A DNA stretch of 64,000 nucleotides from Candidatus Woesearchaeota archaeon (GCA_021736975.1 JAIPET010000005.1:4920-68919), one strand, 5' to 3'; numbered from the stretch's first letter, positions 1 to 9,675 are shown. A program made the numbers and translations. Notes: a model not told the origin generated them from the sequence alone.

Positions 1-3000
1 CTAACAAACATCACACTAAACACATTCACAAACGACGCAGGATACATAACAAGCCAAACAGACGACCAAACATTCGCAGAAATAGGAGCAGGAACCGCAA
101 CAAGCGTAGCATTCGTAATAGGAAACAGCGCAACACTATCAACAACAGGAACCGGGACAATAACCGCAACAACCGCAAACACAGGAGACAGCGCAACAAG
201 CTTCTTTAGCACAGGAACACTAGAAGTAGCAATAGGAGGAACAGGAACAACAACAAGCACAGGAAGCGGAAACCTAGTACTAAGCACAAGCCCAACACTA
301 ACAACACCAAACATAGGCGCAGCAACAGGAACATCACTAATCGCAAGCGGAGACATAAACACAACAACAGGAGATATATGCATCGACGGAGGAAACTGCC
401 TAAGCCAAATGAGCAACACAAGCGGAACAGTAACAAGCGTAGCAGCAGGAAACGGAATGGACTTCACCACAATAACCGGAAGCGGAACAATAACCCTAGG
501 AACACCAACCACACTAACAAGCACAACAACAAACAGCGCAAGCGCAACAACCCACACACACGCAATAACAACAGGAATAGCAAACACAAACATCGTAAAA
601 ATAGACCACGCAAGCGCAGCAGACAACGACTACGCAAAACTAACAGCAAACGGAATAGAAGGAAGAAGCTATACAGAAGTAAAAACAGACTTATCATTAA
701 ATAACGTAGAAAACACAGCACTAAGCACATGGCCAGGAACAACAAGCATAACCACACTAGGAACAATAGGAACAGGAACATGGACAGGAACAAGCATCGG
801 AACAACATACACAGACGCAAAAGACACAACAGACGACAACGTAGCAGGAGACGTAGACTCATCAGAAATAACAGACGGAACAATAAACGAATCAGACCTA
901 AACATTACAAACACACCAACAGACAATTATTTACTAAGTTTTGATGATACAACAGGCGGATTCACATGGGTCGCTGCAGACGGATCAGGAACTGATGATC
1001 AAACATTCGCAGAAATAGGAGCAGGAACAATAACAAGCGCAGCTTTCGTAGTCGGAAACTCAGCAACACTATCTGCAACAGGAACCGGGACAATAAATGC
1101 AACAGACTTAATCTGCACAGACTGTATAGGTGCAACAGAAATATCTGATAGTTATCTTTTAAACAACGGTGACACAATGGACGGCACATTAACAATGGGA
1201 GGATCCACATCAAACATAGCTCTTGGTTCAAACTGGTTAAGTAATGATGGAGACGATGAAGGCGTCTGGGTTACAAGCACAGGAAATGTTGGGATAGGAA
1301 TAACAACACCAAATGCAACACTACATGTAGCAGGAACAATAAACACAACAGGCGGAGACATATGCATCTATGGAGGAAACTGCTTAAGCGAATCACTAAC
1401 AAGCATACCAGACTCATACGTCCTAACAACAGGAGACACAATGAGCGGCCCATTAAGAATAAGAGATGTCGGCGGCGGAGCAACAATAAACATAGGAGCA
1501 GACAGAACAAACTACGCAGATACCGCAACAATAATACTACAAGAAGACGCAGACAACACATACGGAACAAACGGATACGGCTTTAGACACAGATATGACG
1601 GATCAGCAAACACATACTACTTTGACACAGCATCCACAACAACCACAACAAACATATACACAGCAAACCTAGGAAGCAACATAATAGACTTCAAAGCAAC
1701 ACCAACAATAAACGGAGTACCAATGATAGATATAGAAGTAGACGGAAGCATAACAAACGAACTACAAACACTACAAGAAGTAACAAACCAAGGAACACCA
1801 ACAACAACCGCCGCAATAACAATCGACAGCGACGGAAACGAACAAACAAACATCGGCGGAACACTATACATAAACGGATCAAGCCTCGGAGAAAGAGTAG
1901 GAATAGGAACAACAAGTCCTTCAGCAATGCTAGAAATTGAATCTAGTGGAACAGATAATGCAAATATGGACATAGACGCTCCTTCTGGAGAAATATCTTT
2001 AATAAATTTTCAAAGTGCAGGTACAACTAAATTCCAAATACAAGGAAAAAGTGCAAGCGATCATTTTGTAATTTGGGACAATGTAAATAGCGAATCAAGA
2101 ATTAATTTGAGGTCAGACAATGGAGATAATAATTATAAAACAGGTATGGTTGGAGGAACACACGAATTCCTTAATAGCACAGAAGATACACTGATGACAA
2201 TAGCTGGAGATGGATATGTAAGTATAGGAACCACATCTACATCCGGAAAATTAACAATAGATCAAAATGCAAATGATGAAGCACTATACATTACGGGAGG
2301 AAGCGGAGGACAACCTATAGCCACATTTATAAGAGATTTAGGTTCAAATGGAACTATAAAAATAACCTCGACAGGAGGAGATCCACAGATACAATTTGAT
2401 CCTGAAGACTCAGGAACTGTTTGGTCTGCAGGAGTAGATGATGGGGACGGAGATAGTTTTAAAATATCTTATGGAGGAAGCATAGAATCAGGAACTGCAG
2501 GAATAAGCATACAAACAGACGGAGATGTAGGAATAGGAACAACAAGTCCTGGAGCGGGATTAGATGTTCATAATAATGTAATAATATCTGACGGGACAGA
2601 TTCATGCGCGCAAACAGAAAATGGAGATTTATGTGTGGATAATGATTTAGAAATAGATGGAAAAATAATGTTAAGAACAGCCAATACAGACGGAATATTA
2701 AATATGGGTGGAAGTCACGGAGAACAAATTTTATTTAAAGGAGGAGCAAGTGTTTATGAATTTGTTGTTGAATATGATGATGGCGCCGCGGGAACCTCTT
2801 TAGTTTTTGAACAAGATACAAATCCTGTTTTGGTATTAAATACTACTGGCGAAGTATTAGTCGGAGGTGCTTCAGATTCAGGCGCATATAAATTGCAAGT
2901 AAATGGAAATATATGTGAAGATGATGGAACAATAGCAACATGTAGCTCTGATGAACGATTAAAAGAAAATATTCTTGATATTGAAAACGCGACAGAATAT

Positions 3001-3264
3001 TTAATTAAATTTAGACCAAGGACTTATAATTTTATCGGAGAATCCAAAAAAATGTCTGGTTTTATAGCTCAAGAAGTAAATGAAACACATCCAGAACTAT
3101 TTGTAGAAAAAGAAGATGGTTATTATACTTGGGATAATCCTGGTTTAGAAATTATAACTGTCAAAGCAATACAAGAATTAAATGAAAGAATAAATAATTT
3201 AGAAACAGAAAATGATTTGATGAAAGAAGATTTGTGCTTCCTTGGAATACAAAGATGGTGTTGA
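1..3264 (+). CDS. Large Thr/Gly-rich modular surface/fibre (adhesin-like) protein with C-terminal intramolecular chaperone (peptidase S74-like) domain; 5'-truncated by the window
   Basis: Frame 1 is open from base 1, so the 409 start in the track is internal. Repeated VGIGTTSP-type motifs; C-terminal S|SDERLKENI...RPRTY...GFIAQEV...PE followed by a coiled coil is the tail-fibre chaperone signature. Confidence 0.85.
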   Translation, partial: LTNITLNTFTNDAGYITSQTDDQTFAEIGAGTATSVAFVIGNSATLSTTGTGTITATTANTGDSATSFFSTGTLEVAIGGTGTTTSTGSGNLVLSTSPTLTTPNIGAATGTSLIASGDINTTTGDICIDGGNCLSQMSNTSGTVTSVAAGNGMDFTTITGSGTITLGTPTTLTSTTTNSASATTHTHAITTGIANTNIVKIDHASAADNDYAKLTANGIEGRSYTEVKTDLSLNNVENTALSTWPGTTSITTLGTIGTGTWTGTSIGTTYTDAKDTTDDNVAGDVDSSEITDGTINESDLNITNTPTDNYLLSFDDTTGGFTWVAADGSGTDDQTFAEIGAGTITSAAFVVGNSATLSATGTGTINATDLICTDCIGATEISDSYLLNNGDTMDGTLTMGGSTSNIALGSNWLSNDGDDEGVWVTSTGNVGIGITTPNATLHVAGTINTTGGDICIYGGNCLSESLTSIPDSYVLTTGDTMSGPLRIRDVGGGATINIGADRTNYADTATIILQEDADNTYGTNGYGFRHRYDGSANTYYFDTASTTTTTNIYTANLGSNIIDFKATPTINGVPMIDIEVDGSITNELQTLQEVTNQGTPTTTAAITIDSDGNEQTNIGGTLYINGSSLGERVGIGTTSPSAMLEIESSGTDNANMDIDAPSGEISLINFQSAGTTKFQIQGKSASDHFVIWDNVNSESRINLRSDNGDNNYKTGMVGGTHEFLNSTEDTLMTIAGDGYVSIGTTSTSGKLTIDQNANDEALYITGGSGGQPIATFIRDLGSNGTIKITSTGGDPQIQFDPEDSGTVWSAGVDDGDGDSFKISYGGSIESGTAGISIQTDGDVGIGTTSPGAGLDVHNNVIISDGTDSCAQTENGDLCVDNDLEIDGKIMLRTANTDGILNMGGSHGEQILFKGGASVYEFVVEYDDGAAGTSLVFEQDTNPVLVLNTTGEVLVGGASDSGAYKLQVNGNICEDDGTIATCSSDERLKENILDIENATEYLIKFRPRTYNFIGESKKMSGFIAQEVNETHPELFVEKEDGYYTWDNPGLEIITVKAIQELNERINNLETENDLMKEDLCFLGIQRWC
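58..1104 (+). repeat. Intragenic duplicated module (58-171 vs 991-1104; TDDQTFAEIGAGT...GTGTI)
   Basis: Direct nucleotide and amino-acid similarity over about 38 codons; a second duplicated module lies at 355-405 vs 1339-1389 (INTTxGDICIxGGNCLS). Confidence 0.9.
1897..2550 (+). repeat. Identical 24-bp direct repeat GTAGGAATAGGAACAACAAGTCCT (1897-1920 and 2527-2550) encoding VGIGTTSP
   Basis: Read directly from the sequence. Confidence 0.9.
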
Positions 3265-3357
3265 TAACAGTTAATAAAAAAATAGTTTTTAGAAAAATAA
3301 ATTGAGTTATTGCATCAACTTTTTAAAAATCAAATCATTTTTATTTTTTGTTTTTTT

Positions 3358-3804
3358 TTAGATTATTTCATAATCTTCAAGTTTAATTGTTCCTATAATA
3401 GGAACTGAAATATTTGATCTGAATTGTATTTTATCAAAAATTGCAGCATACTTCTTTTCACCCATGCTGAGCATGACAAGACCTGAATAATATAAATCCA
3501 CATTAGAAATTAAAGCGCGTCCAGTGAAATTTCCTGTAATATCATCATTTGATTTATTAATAATATAAACTAAACTTGCATGACCTTTATCATTTAAATC
3601 ATTATAAAAAATTAAAAAATTATTTTTTTTAGAAAAAATTGAATGCATAGGAATTTCCATGAAACCATTATAATCGTGCTGAATTATCGCAAAAGGATTT
3701 GTAGTTCCTTTTTCATCTTCTATTGTTTCTATCTCCCCATAAAAATAAGACTTAGGATCACTATCCACATATTTACCTAAAATGTCATAATAATTTATTC
3801 TCAT
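3358..3804 (-). CDS. Hypothetical protein, translationally coupled downstream of the HEPN toxin
   Basis: 148-aa ORF whose ATG overlaps the HEPN stop (ATGA); no recognisable motif. Confidence 0.6.
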   Translation of the reverse strand: MRINYYDILGKYVDSDPKSYFYGEIETIEDEKGTTNPFAIIQHDYNGFMEIPMHSIFSKKNNFLIFYNDLNDKGHASLVYIINKSNDDITGNFTGRALISNVDLYYSGLVMLSMGEKKYAAIFDKIQFRSNISVPIIGTIKLEDYEII

Positions 3805-4187
3805 TTTACTATTTCTTCCTGAAATTTTTTTGCATCAATAATTATTTCTTTAAGACTTTCATAAAATAACTCTTCATCAAAATCATCATATTGATGAATC
3901 ATTAAATTCCTCATCCCTTTAAAACTTTGCATTTTATTATAAGTTGTTTCTGATAAAATATTTAAATCTTTTAATATTTCAAATGATTTTCCTCTTTCTA
4001 AAATTCCTTTTTCTTTTAAAATAATATTTGAAATTTTTATAATTTCTTCAATTATTATCTCAGCTAAACGCTCGCATGCTGCAGAAACAACATAATTCGA
4101 TTTGTAAGAATCTGAATTATTAGGAAGGACTTTTTCTAATTGAAATATATGTTTATTAAGGTCTTTAATTTTATTATTTATTCTCAT
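3801..4187 (-). CDS. hepT: HEPN-domain (DUF86/HepT-like) RNase toxin
   Basis: RNLMIHQY matches the RX4HXY motif; lies directly downstream of an MNT gene. Start is either 4187 or 4202. Confidence 0.85.
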   Translation of the reverse strand: MRINNKIKDLNKHIFQLEKVLPNNSDSYKSNYVVSAACERLAEIIIEEIIKISNIILKEKGILERGKSFEILKDLNILSETTYNKMQSFKGMRNLMIHQYDDFDEELFYESLKEIIIDAKKFQEEIVK

Positions 4188-4677
4188 AGAATATTTTTCC
4201 ATTTAATTTTACCTCATCTTGAATTTTTTTAGGTAAATTATTAAAAATACTTATATCAAATAGTTCATTTGATTCAGACATCATTCTTTTTTTAAAAAAA
4301 GAAGAATCTTTTAAATTAGTTTTTGAAAATTCTACGGAAATATCCACGTCTGATTCGAAAGACATTTGGTTTTTTACAAATGAACCAAAAATGTAAATTT
4401 TCTTTAAATTTTTTCCATATCCATCTAATAACATCGTATCTCTTAATAATTCTAATTGTTTGTAAACTTCTCCTCCTTTTTTTATTTTAAACTCTTCTTT
4501 ATATACAGAACATTTTTTTATAAATTCAAACTTTAGCCTTATATCTCTTGAAAGTCTATTTTTTTCTGATTGTGATAAATTCAAACCGAGAAGCTGTTTT
4601 TTTATAATATTAATTTCCGATTTACCAAATATTTTTGTAGCAGATTTATCTGTTTTAATAAATTCAAATAAAGTCAT
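4174..4677 (-). CDS. mntA: Minimal nucleotidyltransferase (MntA-like) antitoxin with N-terminal extension
   Basis: GSFVKNQMSFESDVD matches GSX10DXD; GAGGTGG RBS precedes the ATG at 4677. Confidence 0.85.
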   Translation of the reverse strand: MTLFEFIKTDKSATKIFGKSEINIIKKQLLGLNLSQSEKNRLSRDIRLKFEFIKKCSVYKEEFKIKKGGEVYKQLELLRDTMLLDGYGKNLKKIYIFGSFVKNQMSFESDVDISVEFSKTNLKDSSFFKKRMMSESNELFDISIFNNLPKKIQDEVKLNGKIFYENK

Positions 4678-4678
4678 A

Positions 4679-4719
4679 ATAACCACCTCGAAGGTTATAA
4701 TAACCTAAATAATGGTTAT
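4679..4719. promoter_or_regulatory. Two tandem ATAACC-N8-GGTTAT palindromes (4679-4698, 4700-4719), putative TA operator
   Basis: Exact half-sites with 21-bp periodicity, located between a TATA-like box (~4721-4728) and the mntA start. Confidence 0.7.
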
Positions 4720-4765
4720 ATTTATAAGTTTTATGTAAAGAAAAGAGTTAATTAAAATCATTTAT

Positions 4766-7700
4766 TCACATCCTTTTTACAGTGCCTGGTTTTGGATTAA
4801 ATATATCTCCTTTTCTTTTTAAATTTTCAAGAATCTCATCTGTTTTTTCTTCACTTAATCCTTTTATTTCAGCTTCTCTAACAATATCATTAACAGGAAC
4901 AACATCTTTATTTAATGCTTTTTCAAGTTCAACAATTATTTCTTTAACTATATGAACATTACCCCTTTGACTAGCACTAATACCTGTTGCAATCCTATCA
5001 ATATCAAATTTTCCCGTTTCAGTATCAAGACCTATTAGAGTCAAACAATGATGAAGTAAATCAATAGCTCTTCTCGCGTCTGCCTTAGTAACTTTATTAC
5101 TTAAACGAGTCTTCGCGCTCGCTTCTGATAATCTTACAAGACCTTCTAATTGTCTAGCAGAAATTGGAACTGATTGAATCTTACCATCTTCTCCACTACC
5201 ACCAGAATTTCTCATGTTAACAAAATAATCTTTAATTTCATTAATAGCAGGCTCTGTTATAAGTGGATGAATTCTTTGTTTTGCATATGCAACATATAAT
5301 TTTATAGTTTCAGAATCAAGAGGTGTATCTTGAGCAGTTTCATCTTTATGTAATTTCAAAATAAAAGAAGCTAACTTTTCATCTTTTTCCCTATTAGGTA
5401 AATCTTTAACAGGAAATATTAAATCAAACCTATTAATCAAAGGCGGAGGTAAATCAATTTGTTTAACTAAAATCTCATAAGGATCAAATCTTCCAAACTT
5501 TGGATTTGCAGCAGCAAGAACAGTTGTTTCAGATCTAAGCGTTGCTTGAATATTAGCCTTACTAATACTAATACTTTGCTGCTCTAAAGCTTCGTGCATC
5601 GCGCTAGTATCCTCACTACTCATCTTATCAAGCTCATCAATACAAACCATCCCTTTATTTGCAAGAACTAATGCTCCTGCTTCTAATGCCCAACCTTTAG
5701 TAAATTCATCTCTAACAACCGCGGCAGTAAGACCGGCGCCACTTGCACCTTTTCCAGAAACAAATCTTGTTTTAGGAGCTACAATAGATACACGTTTAAG
5801 AAGCTGTGAATTATGAATGATGACTCCATTAGCAACAAAATTATGAGTTGAATTTACTTCAAAATCATAAACAAAAGTTTCTTTTAAATCAACTTCTTGA
5901 ACATCTAATATTTTATCCCAAAAAATATCAGAATAAGCAATTTGAGCAAGTAATTTTGTTGAATAAGAATAAAAACCATTTTTATAAAGATGAGAAACTA
6001 TTTTTTTCATAGTTCTTTTTGAAGGCATCCTATTGTTTTGTTCATAATGACAATAAGTACTTCTTCTAACACCCATATTGCTTTGAGATAAACCTAAACT
6101 TTTTCTTACATCAAACAATAATTTTGAAATATTAGGAACAACATCCACATCAGCACTATTGTTTGTATCAATAACAAATTTAAGAGCATCAATTTTTCTT
6201 TTAGAAACAAAACCTATTTGCTTAGAATATAATTTTAAAAATTCACCTGAAATTATTAATTCATAAGATTTAACAGAGCTCTTATTTATTGTATTAGTTG
6301 CAAATTTAATTTTTTCTTTTTTAAACGCTACAATTCCAAATCTTAAAAGAGCAATTTGTAAATTTTCAACAAGCTCTTTACTTGTTGAATGAAATTCAAT
6401 TTGTCTTTTCTTATTATTAACATGAGAATCACATTCAAATAAAGACTTAATAAATTCAGAAAGAATTATGTTTGGAGATTTAAGTACTTTATTTGGAATA
6501 TTTTTATTAATCGACTTAGTTACAATTTCAAAAAATTCTTTATTTAAAAAATTAAAAATATTTTTTGAAAATAAATAAATTTCTTTTGCATTAGTTCCTT
6601 TTTTACTTCTTGTTTTTGTATTAGAATCAAATAAACCATTAATTAAATATTGATAATCCTTTAAAGATTCATCATCTGCATTAGAAAAACTTATTTGAGA
6701 AGACGTATTAGTGTTTCTAAAACAACCATTTGCGCATAAATAACCTAAAAATCTTGCTAAACACTTATCTAATAAATTTGGAAATTTATTTGTTTTTTTA
6801 TTATTTGAAAAATTTTTTTCTTTAAAATTTTCTAAAAATTGAGTTTCTCCTAAAATATTTAATTTATTAGGTGTTGCCAAATAATCTCCTTTAACATACG
6901 TTTTAGCTTCTTTAGCAATTATAAATCCTTCATGATTTGTAAATAAAGGATGATTTTTTGTGACAATTAATTTTTTTCCGGATCGTAAAGTTATTGATAA
7001 TAAATTTTCGTTGATTTTTCTTTTCCAAACTTTTGATGCAAATCCAGTCCTAATTGCTCCATCTAATTGTAAAGAAGGAAGTTTTATATTTGATTCCGAA
7101 AATTCATTTTGATAATCCCTATTATCTGCGATTTCTTTAATTTTTTTTATCTCTCCATTTTCTAAACTTATTTTAGTATCTCCAGAAACACACTTTCCTG
7201 ATCCCGGATCTCCGATTAATAAAACGTGAATATCTCCTCTTCTTTTAACACCATCATCTTGTTCCTTTAATCTTCCCCCAAACATCTGAAGAATCAAAGC
7301 TTCTTTAATTCTATCATGACCATAAATACTTGGAGCCATACTAGTCACTAATTTTTCATAAATTTTTGGATCTTTTGATAATTCTAAAATTTCTTTTTCT
7401 TTTTCTTTACTAATAACTAAAGTTTCAAATTCTTCTTGCATAGGTTCGATATGATTAACTTCAAGCATCAACTCATACCTCGTACTTTTTCCACCAGAAT
7501 GAAGAGTTATCGGAACTTCTTTAATTACACCAGTAACTATAATTTTTGCCCCAGGATTTGTTTTTTTATCAGACATAGGACTTACTAAATCATTTTTTAA
7601 AAAAATATTAATTCTTTTAGGTTGCTCACCACCATCCATGTCTTCAGGATCTTCTTCCAAAACAATTTTTTGAGCATCCACTAATTCTTTACTTAAAAGA

Positions 7701-8179
7701 TTGAATTTTCCTTTTCTAGCACAAACATTACAATTATTAGGTTCTTTAAATTTATCATCCATTTGAAGCATAGGAATTATATTACCACAACTAGGACACT
7801 CAAAACGAGCACTCGTCACTTGAGGTCTAACATCAGATTTTTGACGAACTAAACCTTTAAATTCATACATTTTGTTAAGATTTCTACTCCTAATATCTCT
7901 AACTTGAAGCAAAGAAGATTTTGGAAGATCAAAAAATCTAACATTTAATTTTGCTTCTTCAACACCAAGATCAAATTTAGATATAGCATATTCAGCTGCT
8001 TTAATAACATCTTCAGGTTGCTCCAATAATAAATCAGCTAATTCAATATCAAATTTTGCAAGTTCTTTAAATGGCAAAGCAATATATTCCTCTCCTTTAG
8101 AAGCTAAAGACAATAATTTATCATGATAATTAATTTCAAAAAATTCAGTAAATTTCTGTATTTGATCTTTTGCATCCAA
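4766..8179 (-). CDS. mcm: Replicative helicase MCM (intein-containing)
   Basis: CPSC/CNVC Zn finger, Walker A GDPGSGK/S split by an intein, Walker B CIDELDKM, AAANP, RFDL and C-terminal wHTH; TTG start. Confidence 0.97.
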   Translation of the reverse strand: MDAKDQIQKFTEFFEINYHDKLLSLASKGEEYIALPFKELAKFDIELADLLLEQPEDVIKAAEYAISKFDLGVEEAKLNVRFFDLPKSSLLQVRDIRSRNLNKMYEFKGLVRQKSDVRPQVTSARFECPSCGNIIPMLQMDDKFKEPNNCNVCARKGKFNLLSKELVDAQKIVLEEDPEDMDGGEQPKRINIFLKNDLVSPMSDKKTNPGAKIIVTGVIKEVPITLHSGGKSTRYELMLEVNHIEPMQEEFETLVISKEKEKEILELSKDPKIYEKLVTSMAPSIYGHDRIKEALILQMFGGRLKEQDDGVKRRGDIHVLLIGDPGSGKCVSGDTKISLENGEIKKIKEIADNRDYQNEFSESNIKLPSLQLDGAIRTGFASKVWKRKINENLLSITLRSGKKLIVTKNHPLFTNHEGFIIAKEAKTYVKGDYLATPNKLNILGETQFLENFKEKNFSNNKKTNKFPNLLDKCLARFLGYLCANGCFRNTNTSSQISFSNADDESLKDYQYLINGLFDSNTKTRSKKGTNAKEIYLFSKNIFNFLNKEFFEIVTKSINKNIPNKVLKSPNIILSEFIKSLFECDSHVNNKKRQIEFHSTSKELVENLQIALLRFGIVAFKKEKIKFATNTINKSSVKSYELIISGEFLKLYSKQIGFVSKRKIDALKFVIDTNNSADVDVVPNISKLLFDVRKSLGLSQSNMGVRRSTYCHYEQNNRMPSKRTMKKIVSHLYKNGFYSYSTKLLAQIAYSDIFWDKILDVQEVDLKETFVYDFEVNSTHNFVANGVIIHNSQLLKRVSIVAPKTRFVSGKGASGAGLTAAVVRDEFTKGWALEAGALVLANKGMVCIDELDKMSSEDTSAMHEALEQQSISISKANIQATLRSETTVLAAANPKFGRFDPYEILVKQIDLPPPLINRFDLIFPVKDLPNREKDEKLASFILKLHKDETAQDTPLDSETIKLYVAYAKQRIHPLITEPAINEIKDYFVNMRNSGGSGEDGKIQSVPISARQLEGLVRLSEASAKTRLSNKVTKADARRAIDLLHHCLTLIGLDTETGKFDIDRIATGISASQRGNVHIVKEIIVELEKALNKDVVPVNDIVREAEIKGLSEEKTDEILENLKRKGDIFNPKPGTVKRM
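5810..7192 (-). mobile_element. 461-aa intein in the MCM Walker A motif with LAGLIDADG-type homing endonuclease and an XRE-like HTH insert
   Basis: Starts CVSGDT, block B VTKNHPLF, endonuclease blocks FLGYLCANG and FIKSLFECDS, ends VYDFEV..HNFVANGVIIHN|S. Confidence 0.93.
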
Positions 8180-8275
8180 ATTAAAAACACCCTTCCCCCT
8201 AAGATAATTTATGAAAGAAAAAAAATTAAAAAAAGATTACTAAAAAATAACCGAAAAATTTACGAGTTTACCGAA

Positions 8276-8869
8276 TTATTTTTTAAGTTTTAATAAGTTT
8301 GCAATTAACATATCTACAGCTGTATGAACCATTTCTTCTGATTTAGTTCCTGTGCAAACAATTTTTCCATTACTAAAAAGTAAAAATGTAGCTTTTGCTT
8401 CCATTAATTTATATACTAATCCTGGAAATTGTTCAGGTTCATATTCTGTATTATCAAGTCTCATAGCTAATGTATTTAAATTTAAATCCATACCAATATT
8501 ACCAGATGCAACAATGTTTTGCACATTGATTTTTGGCTTAATTTTAATTTTAATACCTATTTTTTCAAGACTTTCAATTATTCTTTGTATACTTTCATCT
8601 ACTTTTTCTAAACTTCTTGCTCCTGTACAAACAACATTTCCTGAGCTAAAAATCAGTGCACTTGTCTTTGGTTCTTTTATTCTTATTACAAGTCCTGGAA
8701 ATTGTTCAGGGTTGTATTCTGTGTTAGAAAGTGTTGCAGCCATTTTTTCTAAAGGAACATCGTGTTCTAGGCTTGTAGATACTACGATATTTACCACAGT
8801 TATGTTTTGGTGTGGATCAAAATCCTTCGGAGTATTTTTTTTTACTGGCATTTTTTTCTCCTCCTTCAT
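8276..8869 (-). CDS. tbp: TATA-box binding protein
   Basis: Two repeats NIVxS...EYxPEQFPGL...LxFSSGxxVCTG. Confidence 0.97.
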   Translation of the reverse strand: MKEEKKMPVKKNTPKDFDPHQNITVVNIVVSTSLEHDVPLEKMAATLSNTEYNPEQFPGLVIRIKEPKTSALIFSSGNVVCTGARSLEKVDESIQRIIESLEKIGIKIKIKPKINVQNIVASGNIGMDLNLNTLAMRLDNTEYEPEQFPGLVYKLMEAKATFLLFSNGKIVCTGTKSEEMVHTAVDMLIANLLKLKK

Positions 8870-9014
8870 ATTTATGCTAAGGTTGCATCTTTGTAATTGC
8901 TCACTGTAATCCCTTAAGCAACTATCATTGGTTTATAAAGGAAATATTCTATCATTTATAAATGCTTTTATACTTATTTAAACATTTCATAAACTACACA
9001 TTGCAAAATCTAGG

Positions 9015-9121
9015 CCCCCATCATTTCCTATGGAGATATATGAATACATAGCTTCTCGACGTGAAATGAATGTTTTCAAGTATATCAGTATACAAAATAC
9101 ACCCCATTATTTCCTATGGAA
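9015..9121 (-). promoter_or_regulatory. ORB-like elements upstream of tbp (9015-9035 and 9102-9121 on minus; degenerate mini-ORB 9055-9074 on plus)
   Basis: Reverse complements CTCCATAGGAAATGATGGGGG and TTCCATAGGAAATAATGGGG match the ORBs next to cdc6. Confidence 0.75.
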
Positions 9122-9204
9122 GTTTTATACTAAAAAAATAAACCAATATACTAAATGCTGATATTTGAAATGAATTGACAAAAAAGAAAGAAAAAAAGAA
9201 AAAA

Positions 9205-9552
9205 TTAAGATATTATACCTAATTCTTCAGCTTTTTTCCAATAACCAAGCCTACCTTCATCAAAATGGAAAAAAATCAAATATTCTTCCAAAATATTAAA
9301 GCCAAGTTTAAGCGATACTAACCAATCGAAGATGTGTTCAGTGTAACAATAAGGACAAATATCCATTCTTTTACCAGTAACCACACAAAAATCATCTCCT
9401 GATGGTCTGTTCAGAAAATCTTCTGTCTTATTGTTTAAAGCCACCATTAATTCAGGCTTTGTCTCAGCTAACCAAACACTCATTTGCTCAGCCAACCTTT
9501 CCGGACATAACGGATTCGTTATTTGCTGCCCGCACGTCACACATGCTCCCAT
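9205..9552 (-). CDS. Small Cys-rich putative Zn-binding protein
   Basis: CVTC...CPE and C...CPYC motifs; strong GGAGGTG RBS before the ATG at 9552. Confidence 0.75.
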   Translation of the reverse strand: MGACVTCGQQITNPLCPERLAEQMSVWLAETKPELMVALNNKTEDFLNRPSGDDFCVVTGKRMDICPYCYTEHIFDWLVSLKLGFNILEEYLIFFHFDEGRLGYWKKAEELGIIS

Positions 9553-9610
9553 TTTATCCACCTCCTGGATTTATTTTTCTCGTAGGTGTAAATGAAAAGT
9601 GTCCAAATTA

Positions 9611-9662
9611 TCCCGGACTTACAATAGCTTAAGAATTGACCTTGAACACTGCGAATCCGGGA
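9611..9662 (-). promoter_or_regulatory. Long imperfect RNA hairpin in the 5' region of the Zn-binding protein gene
   Basis: UCCCGGA/UCCGGGA base stem extended by about 15 further pairs including several G-U pairs on the minus strand. Confidence 0.55.
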
Positions 9663-9675
9663 AAAAATGAACGGT

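Noticed and set aside
58-1389. Duplicated segments as a DGR template/variable repeat pair
   Set aside because: The differences are not adenine-specific (many C/T and synonymous changes), both copies are in-frame coding, and there is no reverse transcriptase in the window.
206-1973. Many overlapping alternative-frame and antisense ORFs (Leu/Cys/Arg- or Asn/Arg-rich)
   Set aside because: They are by-products of the T-poor codon usage of the real frame-1 gene, which removes stop codons from other frames.
1-4700. Provirus suggested by the tail-fibre chaperone domain
   Set aside because: No capsid, terminase, portal or integrase genes are visible, and such proteins occur as cellular surface proteins. 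Sequence upstream of the window is unseen.
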